Below, piece by piece: positions 19,052 to 28,036 of a stretch of 64,000 nucleotides of DNA. Within the stretch, counting starts at the first letter, position 1. Every line of letters starts with the position of its first letter. The notes under the pieces were generated by a model. The model saw nothing but the letters and a program-made list of their open reading frames with translations. It had not been told where the DNA came from and made no database searches. The stretch covers positions 3,256 to 67,255 of the forward strand of contig DASXSU010000031.1 in assembly GCA_036505795.1 (NCBI GenBank), given 5' to 3'. This DNA comes from Nitrospirales bacterium (lineage in GTDB: Bacteria; Nitrospirota; Nitrospiria; Nitrospirales; NS-4). The translations under genes were made by a program, and so were the position numbers.

Positions 19052-19839
19052 GGGGACACGGGCCTGGATTGCGAGTTGAGCTCCCAAAGCTTTGCATATT
19101 TCACAAACGTGTACATGCTCGCGAAGACACAGATGAGAAACCCATGCATGCCCGCACGGAACCCTTGCCGCTTCACGTAGTATTTCCAAAAGGTATAGAG
19201 CGGCCTGATGGTGAGATCAGACCAGTACACACGCTGTTTGGATCTACCCCGCTCCTTGGCCGCCAGAGTCGTGAAGTTATTGAATTTGCGAAAGTGATCC
19301 TCAATGGTGCGTTCCGTATAGTGATCCAGAGGACAACTAAGATAGGCCGCCTGCCCTTCAAGCATGAATCTGTTGTGAGGCTCGGCATCATCAAGGCGAC
19401 CGGCGCCCCTGCGAAACAACCGCATCTGATAATCCGGATAGCATCCCGCCCATTTTACCCACTTGCCGTAGTAATAATTCCTTCGCGGGAGGGAATAGCC
19501 GGCAGGACTCCCAGGGGAAGACAGGATCGTTTCCATCTCCCGCCGCAATTCATCGCTGATCCGTTCATCCGCGTCCAGGATAAAGACCCAATCACACGTG
19601 GCCTGGTCAATTGAAAAGTTTTTTTGGTCCCCGAATCCCTTCCAAGGTCGTTGATAAATCCGTGGCGTAAACTGCCGACAAATCTCGAGCGTTCGATCCT
19701 GGCTGAAGGCATCCACCACGACGATCTCATCCATCCATTTTGCCGACTCGAGACAGTCTTGGATGTTTCTTTCTTCATTGAATACGACGATGACGCAGGA
19801 AATCGTTTGCCGCCCTGCAGGCGAGACGGCCTCAGCCAC
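19048..19839 (-). CDS. glycosyltransferase family 2 (paralog of 22996-23766)
   Basis: ISCVIVVFNEERNI...VVVDAFSQDRT...ILDADE; C-terminal FTLYTFWKYYVKRQGF...FVKYAKLWE. Start uncertain: GTG 19839 (8-nt overlap) is preferred over ATG 19914 (83-nt overlap). Confidence 0.75.
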   Translation of the reverse strand: MAEAVSPAGRQTISCVIVVFNEERNIQDCLESAKWMDEIVVVDAFSQDRTLEICRQFTPRIYQRPWKGFGDQKNFSIDQATCDWVFILDADERISDELRREMETILSSPGSPAGYSLPRRNYYYGKWVKWAGCYPDYQMRLFRRGAGRLDDAEPHNRFMLEGQAAYLSCPLDHYTERTIEDHFRKFNNFTTLAAKERGRSKQRVYWSDLTIRPLYTFWKYYVKRQGFRAGMHGFLICVFASMYTFVKYAKLWELNSQSRPVSP

Positions 19840-20677
19840 GGAAGCCCCGCCGCGCGATCTCCGGATACAACCGCCAATTAAGCCAGCGATTTCGCCGTGG
19901 GGCCAACCGCACACCCGACGCCACCCGTGCTTGCATGACGCGGGGATGAGTTCCCCGAAATTCTTTCAGAATCGGGTAGTCTTCAAAATCGAAGGCGTCC
20001 TGATGGTAGAGCTTCGCTTCGGAAGGGGGGGGAGCATCGCCGTGATAGACTTTCGTCTGCTCCTGCTTCTTAGCCAACATGATTTTCGGGTCCTTGACCC
20101 AGCCATAGTGAAAGATCCGAGCCCCCGAGAATGCGAGCCACTCAGGGGGTCCGCTCTGAACATATTGCCCCGTTGCCTTCAGATGAAACCCGACCGCATC
20201 GCCACACGATTCCACTTCTCCGTTATTGCGTATGATCCGGACCGCCTTATGATAGAACCAGGGATTGAGCGACCAGTAATCCCCCACGAAGTGCAGGTAA
20301 CGAAAGAGGAGCCCTCGCAGGGCAGGACTGTCTTGAGCCAACTCCAGCGCCTCCAGAATTCGTGGCAAATCCTGCTCATGGATCACTTCATCGGCCTGTA
20401 GATAGAACGCCCACTCACCGGTGCAGTGGGACAGGGCAATGTTCGTCTGCTGAGAGTAGATGAGGCCATCCTTTCGAAGGCTCTCATCCCAGACAGATTC
20501 GATGATCCGGATTTTGGGATCCCGAATCGACCGCACCAATTCCATCGTTCCATCGTCACAGCGGCCGACGTTGACCACAAACTCGTCGACGATCGGAAGA
20601 ATCGAGGTGATCGACTCGAGCAGCGGATATTGGTAGCGCACGGCATTGCGACAGAACGTAAAACCGCTGAGTGTCAT
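19832..20677 (-). CDS. glycosyltransferase family 2-like protein
   Basis: 281 aa: SGFTFCRNAVRYQYPLLESI...VNVGRCDDGT...FYLQADEV (DxD-like). ATGA overlap with the upstream GT4. Confidence 0.6.
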   Translation of the reverse strand: MTLSGFTFCRNAVRYQYPLLESITSILPIVDEFVVNVGRCDDGTMELVRSIRDPKIRIIESVWDESLRKDGLIYSQQTNIALSHCTGEWAFYLQADEVIHEQDLPRILEALELAQDSPALRGLLFRYLHFVGDYWSLNPWFYHKAVRIIRNNGEVESCGDAVGFHLKATGQYVQSGPPEWLAFSGARIFHYGWVKDPKIMLAKKQEQTKVYHGDAPPPSEAKLYHQDAFDFEDYPILKEFRGTHPRVMQARVASGVRLAPRRNRWLNWRLYPEIARRGFRG

Positions 20678-21714
20678 GCCAGGGGCTGCTCCAGAAGCTC
20701 GGTATAAAGCTGCTCCAACTTCCGCGTGAGTTTCGAAGCTTCGAATTGCTCTCGCGCTTTCTCATACCCCTGTTCTCCGAAGCGCTTTCGAAGCGGTTCG
20801 TTCTGCAGAAGCTCAATTACGGCATCGGCATATTGCCACGCGTACCGGACGACGAAACCGGTCTGGTTATGCTCCACGACCTCCGCCTGCGCATTGCATT
20901 TTTTCCGCTGGGGAGTGGCAATCGTCACGACCGGGAGCCCACTGGCCATGGCTTCTGCGAGCACCACTCCATAGCCTTCGCCAACCCGAGCCCCGTGGAT
21001 ATACACGTCGAGCCCCTGGTAGAACTCGGCAACTCCTAACATCGGCTCAGAGCATTCGACCCGATCTTCGATCCCCAGCTTCCGAAGATGCGCCCGGACC
21101 CGTGGCGTCACCCCCCGAAATCGACAGCGCATCTGCGGCGCGTATCGCCAGACCTTCGGCAAAATGTCGACACAAACGGGATGCCACTTCTGATCGTCGG
21201 CGCGGCTACAGCGACCAATAGTCCAGGCGAATTCCCGGCGTACCAGCGGGAATTCGACGAAGTCGATCGGCCCGTAGAGGACTTCGTAGCGCTTTCCATG
21301 GAACCGGCCGTACTTGCCGAGGTAATCATCCCGACACCATGCAGAAAAGAAAACATGAGCATCGATCTGGGGATTGCCAAGTGGATCGACGGCATCAAAC
21401 ACATTGGTCTCCACAATCTTGGGCCAACCCCGATGTTTGAGAGGCAAGGTGCCAGGTTCATGATCGCCAGCCCGATAGACATGATAGACGTCGATCTTCA
21501 GGTCTCGGATTAACCGGTCCAGATTGGGCGGCTCTACGATCACGGCAACCCCCAGGCGCTCGAATTCGGACACCCGCGATCCGCCTAACCGCAACCCACA
21601 GACAAAAACCTCAAAGCGAGATCGGTCCAGGTACTTGGAAAAGATTTGAATTGTTTTCTCTGTCCCGCCGATACCGAGCTGGTTACAGGCCATGAGAATT
21701 CGAATCTTCCTCAT
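20674..21714 (-). CDS. glycosyltransferase family 4 (GT-B)
   Basis: LGIGGTEK N-terminus and GEGYGVVLAEAMASGLPVVT motif; 346 aa. Confidence 0.75.
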   Translation of the reverse strand: MRKIRILMACNQLGIGGTEKTIQIFSKYLDRSRFEVFVCGLRLGGSRVSEFERLGVAVIVEPPNLDRLIRDLKIDVYHVYRAGDHEPGTLPLKHRGWPKIVETNVFDAVDPLGNPQIDAHVFFSAWCRDDYLGKYGRFHGKRYEVLYGPIDFVEFPLVRREFAWTIGRCSRADDQKWHPVCVDILPKVWRYAPQMRCRFRGVTPRVRAHLRKLGIEDRVECSEPMLGVAEFYQGLDVYIHGARVGEGYGVVLAEAMASGLPVVTIATPQRKKCNAQAEVVEHNQTGFVVRYAWQYADAVIELLQNEPLRKRFGEQGYEKAREQFEASKLTRKLEQLYTELLEQPLA

Positions 21715-21793
21715 GCCGCGCCAGGGGCTACGCCACTCTTAAGCCCCAACGACGGACCAAACCTCGGAATAAATCCCAACCACGCTGCGCACG

Positions 21794-22813
21794 TTAAACC
21801 CCTTCACTGAGGCGCGCCCGATAGAGCTTCTCATAGTATGCCCTAAACTCGCCGGCTTTGATTTTCTTCCACCACTGAGGATTGTCCCGGTACCAGAGTA
21901 CTGTACTCTTTAACGCGTCCTCAAAATCCTTACCGCAATGCCAGCCGAGCTTGTGCATCTTCCCGCAGTTGAGCGCATACCGGCGATCATGACCGGCCCG
22001 ATCCGTAATATGTCGAATCAGTGCAGGGGATTTTCCCAAAATTGCGAGGATCGCTTGCGCCACTTCGATATTCGTACGCTCGGAACCGCCACCGACATTA
22101 TAAATTTCTCCGGGCGTCCCGTGATCAAGCACATGCGCGATCCCGGCGCAGTGATCCTCCACATAGATCCAATCACGCTGCTGAAGACCATCCCCGTAGA
22201 GCGGCAATGCTTGGTCCTCCAGCGCATTGGTCACAAAAAGAGGGATGAACTTTTCCGGGTACTGATTCGGGCCAAAGGTATTGCTGCCGCGAGTGATCAG
22301 AACAGGTACACCGTACGTTGTAAAATAACTCCCGACCAGAAGATCGGCCCCTGCCTTGCTGGCCGCGTAGGGGCTACGGGGAACCACGGGATCGGATTCT
22401 GCCGAATGGCCCGTGGGAACATGGCCGTACACCTCATCAGTGCTGACCTGGAGATATCGACGAACGCCGGCCGCGCGGGCGGCTTCCAAGAGGACGGAGG
22501 TGCCGATTACATCCGTCCTTACAAACCCTGCCGGTTCATCAATTGAGCGGTCAACATGTGTTTCAGCGGCAAAATTGGCAATCGTGTCGATCCGATGTTC
22601 CTTGATGAGGTTTTCCACTGTCGCAGTGTCGCAGATGTCGCCCTGCACAAATCGGTAGCGAGCATGCGACGCCACATCCTGGAGGTTATTCAGATTGCCG
22701 GAGTAGCGGAGGGCATCGAGATTCACGACTCGCTCAGCGTCATCTCTCTTCACCAGAAGCCGCACAAAGTGCGACCCGATAAATCCGGCTCCGCCGGTGA
22801 CCAAGATCCGCAT
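21794..22813 (-). CDS. rfbB: dTDP-glucose 4,6-dehydratase
   Basis: From ATG 22813: [17 protein letters not shown]...AAETHVDRS...STDEVYG...YAASKAGAD...GDGLQQRDWIYVEDH...HDRRYA. Confidence 0.85.
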   Translation of the reverse strand: MRILVTGGAGFIGSHFVRLLVKRDDAERVVNLDALRYSGNLNNLQDVASHARYRFVQGDICDTATVENLIKEHRIDTIANFAAETHVDRSIDEPAGFVRTDVIGTSVLLEAARAAGVRRYLQVSTDEVYGHVPTGHSAESDPVVPRSPYAASKAGADLLVGSYFTTYGVPVLITRGSNTFGPNQYPEKFIPLFVTNALEDQALPLYGDGLQQRDWIYVEDHCAGIAHVLDHGTPGEIYNVGGGSERTNIEVAQAILAILGKSPALIRHITDRAGHDRRYALNCGKMHKLGWHCGKDFEDALKSTVLWYRDNPQWWKKIKAGEFRAYYEKLYRARLSEGV

Positions 22814-22829
22814 CCTCAGGCAATTCCCT

Positions 22830-22999
22830 TCATGTTGGATTGCATCCGCTGAACCCTGTTCGGCACCGGTCTGCGCGGACCAGCGTTTGTAGAGGATAGT
22901 CAATCATCGGCTTGCTATACACCGGCAGCAAATGTTGTTCACCGTCGTCAAAGGAAAGAGCCGGGTGCCAAGGCCTCCTGTGAGAATCACGCCTTTCAT
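22830..22999 (-). pseudogene. rfbA: remnant of glucose-1-phosphate thymidylyltransferase (first ~46 codons, frameshifted, rest deleted)
   Basis: Hand translation from ATG 22999 gives MKGVILTGGLGTRLFPLTTVNN. After a 1-nt shift near 22933 it continues HLLPVYSKPMIDYPLQTLVRAD, then nonsense and a stop at 22830, 16 nt before rfbB. The ATG overlaps the upstream GT2 TGA. Confidence 0.75.
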
Positions 23000-23766
23000 C
23001 GGTCGCGGCGACCGCTTGCTGAGCGCGTTCGCTCCCACAACTTGGCGTATTTGACGAAACTGTAATACGCATACAGGACAGCTAGGATGAGGCCCGGTGT
23101 CCGGTCCCGGAACCCTTGCCGAGCGATGTACATCTTGAAAAACATAAACAGAGGATGAGTCACGAGTTGATGGACATGGAATCGTCTGCCTCGTTGCGCC
23201 ATCTGGTCTGCCATCAAGGTAGAATACCTACTCATTTTGTGCAAGAACTGCCCGAGATCGCGAAAAGGCACCTGCATGACATGGCCGTGAAAGTAACCGA
23301 TATGGCCCTCCACCTGATAGCCTTCGTGGACGAGATCTTCGCGGTACCGCAACCGATGTCTGTTGAAGAACTGCGGTTGGCGATAATCCGGATACCAGCC
23401 GCCATGCCGGATCCAGCGGCCGAGAAAGAGATTCTTCCGAGGGATCAGATAAGCCTCGTAGCGCGGTCCCCGCAATAACTCCGCTTTGATTTCGTCTCTC
23501 AGCTCAGTCGTCGCCCGTTCATCGGCATCGAGGCTCAACACCCAGTCGTGCGTGAGCAACTCCAGCGCGCGATTTCGAAGTTTGCCGAATCCTTCAAAAT
23601 CACATTGGTACACCTTTTCCGTAAATTCCCGGCAAATGGAAATCGTACGATCGGTGCTGTGAGAATCCAGCACGACGATCTCATCCGCCCAGGTGATGCT
23701 GGCCAGCGCATCCCGAATCTTATCTTCCTCATTGAACGTGAGGATGTATGCGGACAGTTTAGACAC
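22996..23766 (-). CDS. glycosyltransferase family 2 (LPS core type, paralog of 19048-19839)
   Basis: LSAYILTFNEEDKI...VVLDSHSTDRT...SLDADE...PDYRQPQFF...FVKYAKLWE. Confidence 0.8.
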   Translation of the reverse strand: MSKLSAYILTFNEEDKIRDALASITWADEIVVLDSHSTDRTISICREFTEKVYQCDFEGFGKLRNRALELLTHDWVLSLDADERATTELRDEIKAELLRGPRYEAYLIPRKNLFLGRWIRHGGWYPDYRQPQFFNRHRLRYREDLVHEGYQVEGHIGYFHGHVMQVPFRDLGQFLHKMSRYSTLMADQMAQRGRRFHVHQLVTHPLFMFFKMYIARQGFRDRTPGLILAVLYAYYSFVKYAKLWERTRSASGRRDR

Positions 23767-23865
23767 GTGCTACCGCGAGTGAGGCTAGGAGTTTGGCCAT
23801 CCTCTTTCGACCTGGAAGAGAAATGATTTGATCCCCGATTCCGTGGGGCTTCACAGGCAGATTCT

Positions 23866-24036
23866 TCACGTGACAGGGATCGCCTCATCGATAAGCATCA
23901 CCGGGATATCATCCTTGATCGGATACATGAGCTTACAGCGAGGGCAGATCAGGCCATCGCTCTTCTCATTCAAATGGATGTCGCCCTTGCACTTCGGGCA
24001 CGCGAGAATCGCTAACAACTCCTTATCAATCGGCAT
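23866..24036 (-). CDS. Trm112/UPF0434 (YcaR-like) small zinc-ribbon protein
   Basis: 56-aa ORF below the track cutoff, hand translated: MPIDKELLAILACPKCKGDIHLNEKSDGLICPRCKLMYPIKDDIPVMLIDEAIPVT (CPxC...CPxC). Confidence 0.75.
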   Translation of the reverse strand: MPIDKELLAILACPKCKGDIHLNEKSDGLICPRCKLMYPIKDDIPVMLIDEAIPVT

Positions 24037-24118
24037 TGCTCCCTCCAGCCATTACACCCGCCCACCCCAGGCGCGCCAAGACGCGCCCCTTCCCGTTGTC
24101 ACCCACCCCTCTTCTTCA

Positions 24119-25207
24119 TCATCCCTCCGACCCGCTCGCCAGAACAGCGCCTTTTTGCCACTGCTTTGTGCTGGCTTGATTCGAATCCCGCACCATCCGG
24201 AGTGCCTGATGGAATACTTGCTCTGAACTGATGGACGTCAAGCATTCTAGCGCGTTCGGATTTACGCAACGCCGGCTGAGACAGGGGCTACAGGGAATCC
24301 CGCTTCGCAGGATCACATGCCCCGCTCCGTAGGGCCCGGTTCTGCGTGGATCGGTCGGGCCAAAAAGGGCTATGACCGGAGTGCTCAGGGCTGCAGCTAG
24401 ATGCATCGGACCCGAATCGTTCGTAATCAGAAGGCATGACCGTCTCAACAACGCGATCAATTCTTTGATGTTGGTCTTTCCTACCAGATCAATGGGTGAT
24501 GTCGTCATGTGCCGGACGACTGCCCGGCCCGCATCGGTTTCTGCCGGCGCTCCACTCACGGCCACCCGAATCCCTTCCTTTTGAAGCTGATCCGCCACCT
24601 GCGCAAATGAGGCGGGTGACCATTGCTTGGTGGGCCATCGCGCTCCTGCATTGATGGCCACCAACGGGATGCCTGGCGAGACGCCCGCTGAATTCACTAA
24701 TTGCTGAAGCCGTTTGTCGGCAGCCGTATCCATCGCCAGTGGAAATTGCAGTTGCTCCGATTCCTGTGGCGGCGCGCCGAGGGCACGAGCAATTAGCAGA
24801 TAGCGATCCACGGCGTGGATCGTCGGATCAGGCACCCCGACTTTTTGCGTGTAGAACCAGGGACTCCCTTCGCGCCCGCTGGCGAAGCCGATCCGCGTCG
24901 GCGCATGAGAAAGCCACCCCAAGATGGCGCTGCGCAGAAGCCCCTGGAGATCGACCACAAGGTCGAACTGTCCCGCCCGGACCGCACGAACCGCCTCCGG
25001 CCACCCGGCTAAAGTTAAATCCACAGGCAGAACGCGATCGATCGAGGGATTCGCCTCCAGCACAGCCGCCCATTGTCGTTTCACAAGCCACGTCAGCGCC
25101 GCCGATGGGAATCTTCGCCGCAGAGCGGCGGCGGTGGGAAGCGCGTGCACGATATCTCCCAGCGAGCTGGGCTTCAAAAGCAGAATGTTGCGAAAATCAG
25201 CTTGCAT
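24119..25207 (-). CDS. glycosyltransferase family 9, LPS heptosyltransferase (WaaC-like)
   Basis: From ATG 25207: RNILLLKPSSLGDIVHALPTAAAL...LITNDSGPMHLAAALSTP. Confidence 0.75.
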   Translation of the reverse strand: MQADFRNILLLKPSSLGDIVHALPTAAALRRRFPSAALTWLVKRQWAAVLEANPSIDRVLPVDLTLAGWPEAVRAVRAGQFDLVVDLQGLLRSAILGWLSHAPTRIGFASGREGSPWFYTQKVGVPDPTIHAVDRYLLIARALGAPPQESEQLQFPLAMDTAADKRLQQLVNSAGVSPGIPLVAINAGARWPTKQWSPASFAQVADQLQKEGIRVAVSGAPAETDAGRAVVRHMTTSPIDLVGKTNIKELIALLRRSCLLITNDSGPMHLAAALSTPVIALFGPTDPRRTGPYGAGHVILRSGIPCSPCLSRRCVNPNALECLTSISSEQVFHQALRMVRDSNQASTKQWQKGAVLASGSEG

Positions 25208-26948
25208 GCCGGGTCCTTGAGAGGGACAGGCTCTCTTGAGAGTCGGCGGCGGCCGAATTTTGCAGCACCCAATCAACCGCTTCCGTCAAGTCCTTCGCAG
25301 TATAATCGGGCGACAAATCTTGCGCGACCATCAAGACCCGCTCCTCTTCGGGACGAAAGCCGCTCAGGACAAAAATGCCGAGCGCACCGACATTGCGCGC
25401 CAAGGCGATATCGAGAGCGCGATCCCCGATCACAAAGGAACGCGCGGCTGTCAACCCGAGTTCTTGGCGTGCCTGCGCGACCAACCCTGAGGCCGGCTTT
25501 CGACAACCGCAGCCTTCATCCGGACGATGAAGGCACGCGTAAATTCCGTCCAGCCACGCGCCCGACTCGGCGAGCAAATCTTGGAGCCTTTGGTGGATTG
25601 CTCCAAGCGCCTCGATCGTGATGATGCCTCTCCCAACCCCGGATTGGTTTGTGACTAAAACAGTTTTGAGCCCCGCTTGGTTCAAGCGTGCGACGGCGCC
25701 GCCGACTCCAGGGAGCAGCCGCATCGCCACAGGATCGTTCAAATAACCCGGGTCCCAGTTCAACGTACCGTCGCGATCCAGAAATACAACGGGGGCACTA
25801 TGGCTGCTCATGCCGGCTTCCGCTTCGTGGGGCGATGGAGTATCCTTGCTGATGGAGAGCGAGCTTAACGCCAACGGTGAAACGCCCGCCTCCTGCAGTT
25901 GCCGCACAGCCGCCGAGTATACCTGTTCGGTCTGTATACCGCGCATGCACCGATGATCAATCGGACACTCCCGTAGCAAGCAGGGCGAACAGTCCACCGG
26001 GTGGCGGACCAATTCATGGCCGCTGCCGAACGGTGCGGTCGTGCGGGGATCCGTCGGCCCAAAGACCGCCACGACACGGACACCGAGCGCGGCGGCAATA
26101 TGCATCGGCCCGGCGTCGTTAGTGAGGAACAGCCGGCACTGCTTTACCAGCGCCATCAATTGCCGCACCGTTGTATGACCCGACAGGACGGTGTGAGGAG
26201 AGGTGAGCATTGCGGCGATGGCGCGGCCCAGTGCTTCTTCACCACGACCGCCGAAGATGAGCACATGAGCCTGGTATTCGGCGGCAAGACGCTCCGCGAG
26301 CTCGGCATATCGCTCCGGCAGCCACCGCTTTGCGGTTCCATAGGTGGATCCCGGATTCACACCAATAATCGGTTGTTCCGATAATACGCCAAAAGACTGG
26401 ATGCGTGCCGCCGCCTCGCGGTCCTCTGGAGCAGTCGTATAGAGAACGGGTGCTTCCGGCGTTATGGGAAAGCCCAGTGGCCGCAGCAATTCGAGATAGT
26501 ATTCGACTTGATGGGCCTGGAAAAGCGCGGAGGACCGCGCCACGCGATGAGTGAGAAGGAATCCTCGCCCATCCGTCGGATAGCCATAACGGTAAGGAAT
26601 ACCGGCCGCGGCCGCGAGGAGTGCCGCCTCAAACGCATTCTGAAACAGGACCGCCACATCAAACCGGCGGGACCTGAGCAACCGGGCCAATCGCCATTTC
26701 CCGCCTATTCCAGCATGCGTGCCCGGATTCCTGTACAGGATGATCTCGTCAATGGCCGGATGATTCTGAAACAGTTCTGCGACGGCGGGTTTGGCCAATA
26801 AGACGAGATGCGCGTCCGGAAAACCCCGCCGCAGCGCTTTGAGCGCGGGAGCCATCATGACTCCATCGCCCAGCCAATTCGTTCCCCGGATCAACAGTCG
26901 TTTCACCGCCCCGGGACGAATCAATTCTGTAAAACGAGTCGCTCCCAT
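25197..26948 (-). CDS. fusion protein: GT9 heptosyltransferase II-like (WaaF) plus C-terminal GmhB-type HAD phosphatase
   Basis: Single ORF. N-terminal part: RLLIRGTNWLGDGVMMAPALKAL...LTNDAGPMHIAAALG. C-terminal part: VVFLDRDGTLN...VTNQSGVGRG...CGCRKP...VIGDRALDI. Start is ATG 26948 or 26993. Confidence 0.8.
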   Translation of the reverse strand: MGATRFTELIRPGAVKRLLIRGTNWLGDGVMMAPALKALRRGFPDAHLVLLAKPAVAELFQNHPAIDEIILYRNPGTHAGIGGKWRLARLLRSRRFDVAVLFQNAFEAALLAAAAGIPYRYGYPTDGRGFLLTHRVARSSALFQAHQVEYYLELLRPLGFPITPEAPVLYTTAPEDREAAARIQSFGVLSEQPIIGVNPGSTYGTAKRWLPERYAELAERLAAEYQAHVLIFGGRGEEALGRAIAAMLTSPHTVLSGHTTVRQLMALVKQCRLFLTNDAGPMHIAAALGVRVVAVFGPTDPRTTAPFGSGHELVRHPVDCSPCLLRECPIDHRCMRGIQTEQVYSAAVRQLQEAGVSPLALSSLSISKDTPSPHEAEAGMSSHSAPVVFLDRDGTLNWDPGYLNDPVAMRLLPGVGGAVARLNQAGLKTVLVTNQSGVGRGIITIEALGAIHQRLQDLLAESGAWLDGIYACLHRPDEGCGCRKPASGLVAQARQELGLTAARSFVIGDRALDIALARNVGALGIFVLSGFRPEEERVLMVAQDLSPDYTAKDLTEAVDWVLQNSAAADSQESLSLSRTRHAS

Positions 26949-28030
26949 TCCTTCCAACCCTCGAGCCAGTTTACATCGATCCGGAGGACCCACATCCCGC
27001 TCAGGGGGACAGAATCACGCAACAATTGCAGCTTCACCGCATCCTTCTCGGTCGTGACCACATGATCTGCCCGCAGACTCCCGGCGACCTTTTCGACCCT
27101 TCGAATATCTTGAATGGAATACCGGTGATGGTCCGGGTAGATGCAATGATCAATGACGGTGGCGCCGAGACTCTCCAGCAGGCGGCGAAACGAGTCTGGA
27201 TTACCGATCCCGCTTAAGGCGACCACCCGCTCGCCCTTCAATGCGTCCGGCGGCTTGCTCTCGGAAGCAGCGCCGATTTTCTGCAGGGATGTTGGGATGA
27301 AGTCTGTGACACAGAGAGGCATTGACGGCGCCACATGACGAATCGCTTTCAGAACGTCAGCCAAATCTTCAGCCTGGCCGGCTCGGGTGACGAAGATGAG
27401 CGAGGCCCGCTTGAGCGCGGACAGTCGCTCCCGGAGTCGCCCTCGCGGAAGCAAGTCGCTGTTCCCAAAGGGGGCTGTCGCGTCGAGCAGCACGATATCG
27501 ATGTCCCGTTTCAATGCAAGATGCTGAAAACCATCATCGAGTACGAGCGTATCGACTTTAAAGCGATCCAGCAAATACCGGCCCGCCGCATAGCGGTCCG
27601 CCCCCACGACAACGGGGACGCCGGGGCAGCGCTCGGCGATCAGTAACGGCTCATCTCCGGTGTTCTCGGGGTCGCCTTGGATTGACCGGCCGTCTGAGAC
27701 TTCGAGGATATCCGATGTTGCCCGTCGCCCATAACCGCGGCTGACAACGCCGACCCTGCGGCCATTGCCGCGTAAGGCATTCGCCAAGGCGATCACGACC
27801 GGAGTCTTACCGGTTCCGCCCGCCGAAAGATTTCCGATACTGATGACCTTCACCGGCAGCGCGCGCTGCGCGATCAGGCCCGCTGCGTACAAGCGTTCCC
27901 TGGCGAGCATGCCGAGCCCGTACAGATGCGACAAGGGGACTAGGGGGGCGAGAGCCCATCTCACCGGCGATGACATTCCTGCATTGTCTCTCGTGATTCG
28001 TGAGTATTGATCGTATAGGATGCTTCCCAT
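26921..28030 (-). CDS. lpxK: tetraacyldisaccharide 4'-kinase
   Basis: ISIGNLSAGGTGKTPVV P-loop, VVSRGYGR and LDDGFQH motifs. Confidence 0.85.
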   Translation of the reverse strand: MGSILYDQYSRITRDNAGMSSPVRWALAPLVPLSHLYGLGMLARERLYAAGLIAQRALPVKVISIGNLSAGGTGKTPVVIALANALRGNGRRVGVVSRGYGRRATSDILEVSDGRSIQGDPENTGDEPLLIAERCPGVPVVVGADRYAAGRYLLDRFKVDTLVLDDGFQHLALKRDIDIVLLDATAPFGNSDLLPRGRLRERLSALKRASLIFVTRAGQAEDLADVLKAIRHVAPSMPLCVTDFIPTSLQKIGAASESKPPDALKGERVVALSGIGNPDSFRRLLESLGATVIDHCIYPDHHRYSIQDIRRVEKVAGSLRADHVVTTEKDAVKLQLLRDSVPLSGMWVLRIDVNWLEGWKEWERLVLQN

Positions 28031-28036
28031 GAATAG

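Noticed and set aside
20025-20032. C8/G8 tract (Pro-Pro-Pro) inside the GT2-like gene as a phase-variation switch
   Set aside because: G/C runs of this length are expected by chance in GC-rich DNA. There is no frame disruption and no supporting evidence.
23828-24226. 132-aa plus-strand ORF
   Set aside because: The opposite strand encodes a clean Trm112/YcaR-type protein (23866-24036) and the end of a GT9 gene. The plus-strand product has no recognisable features.
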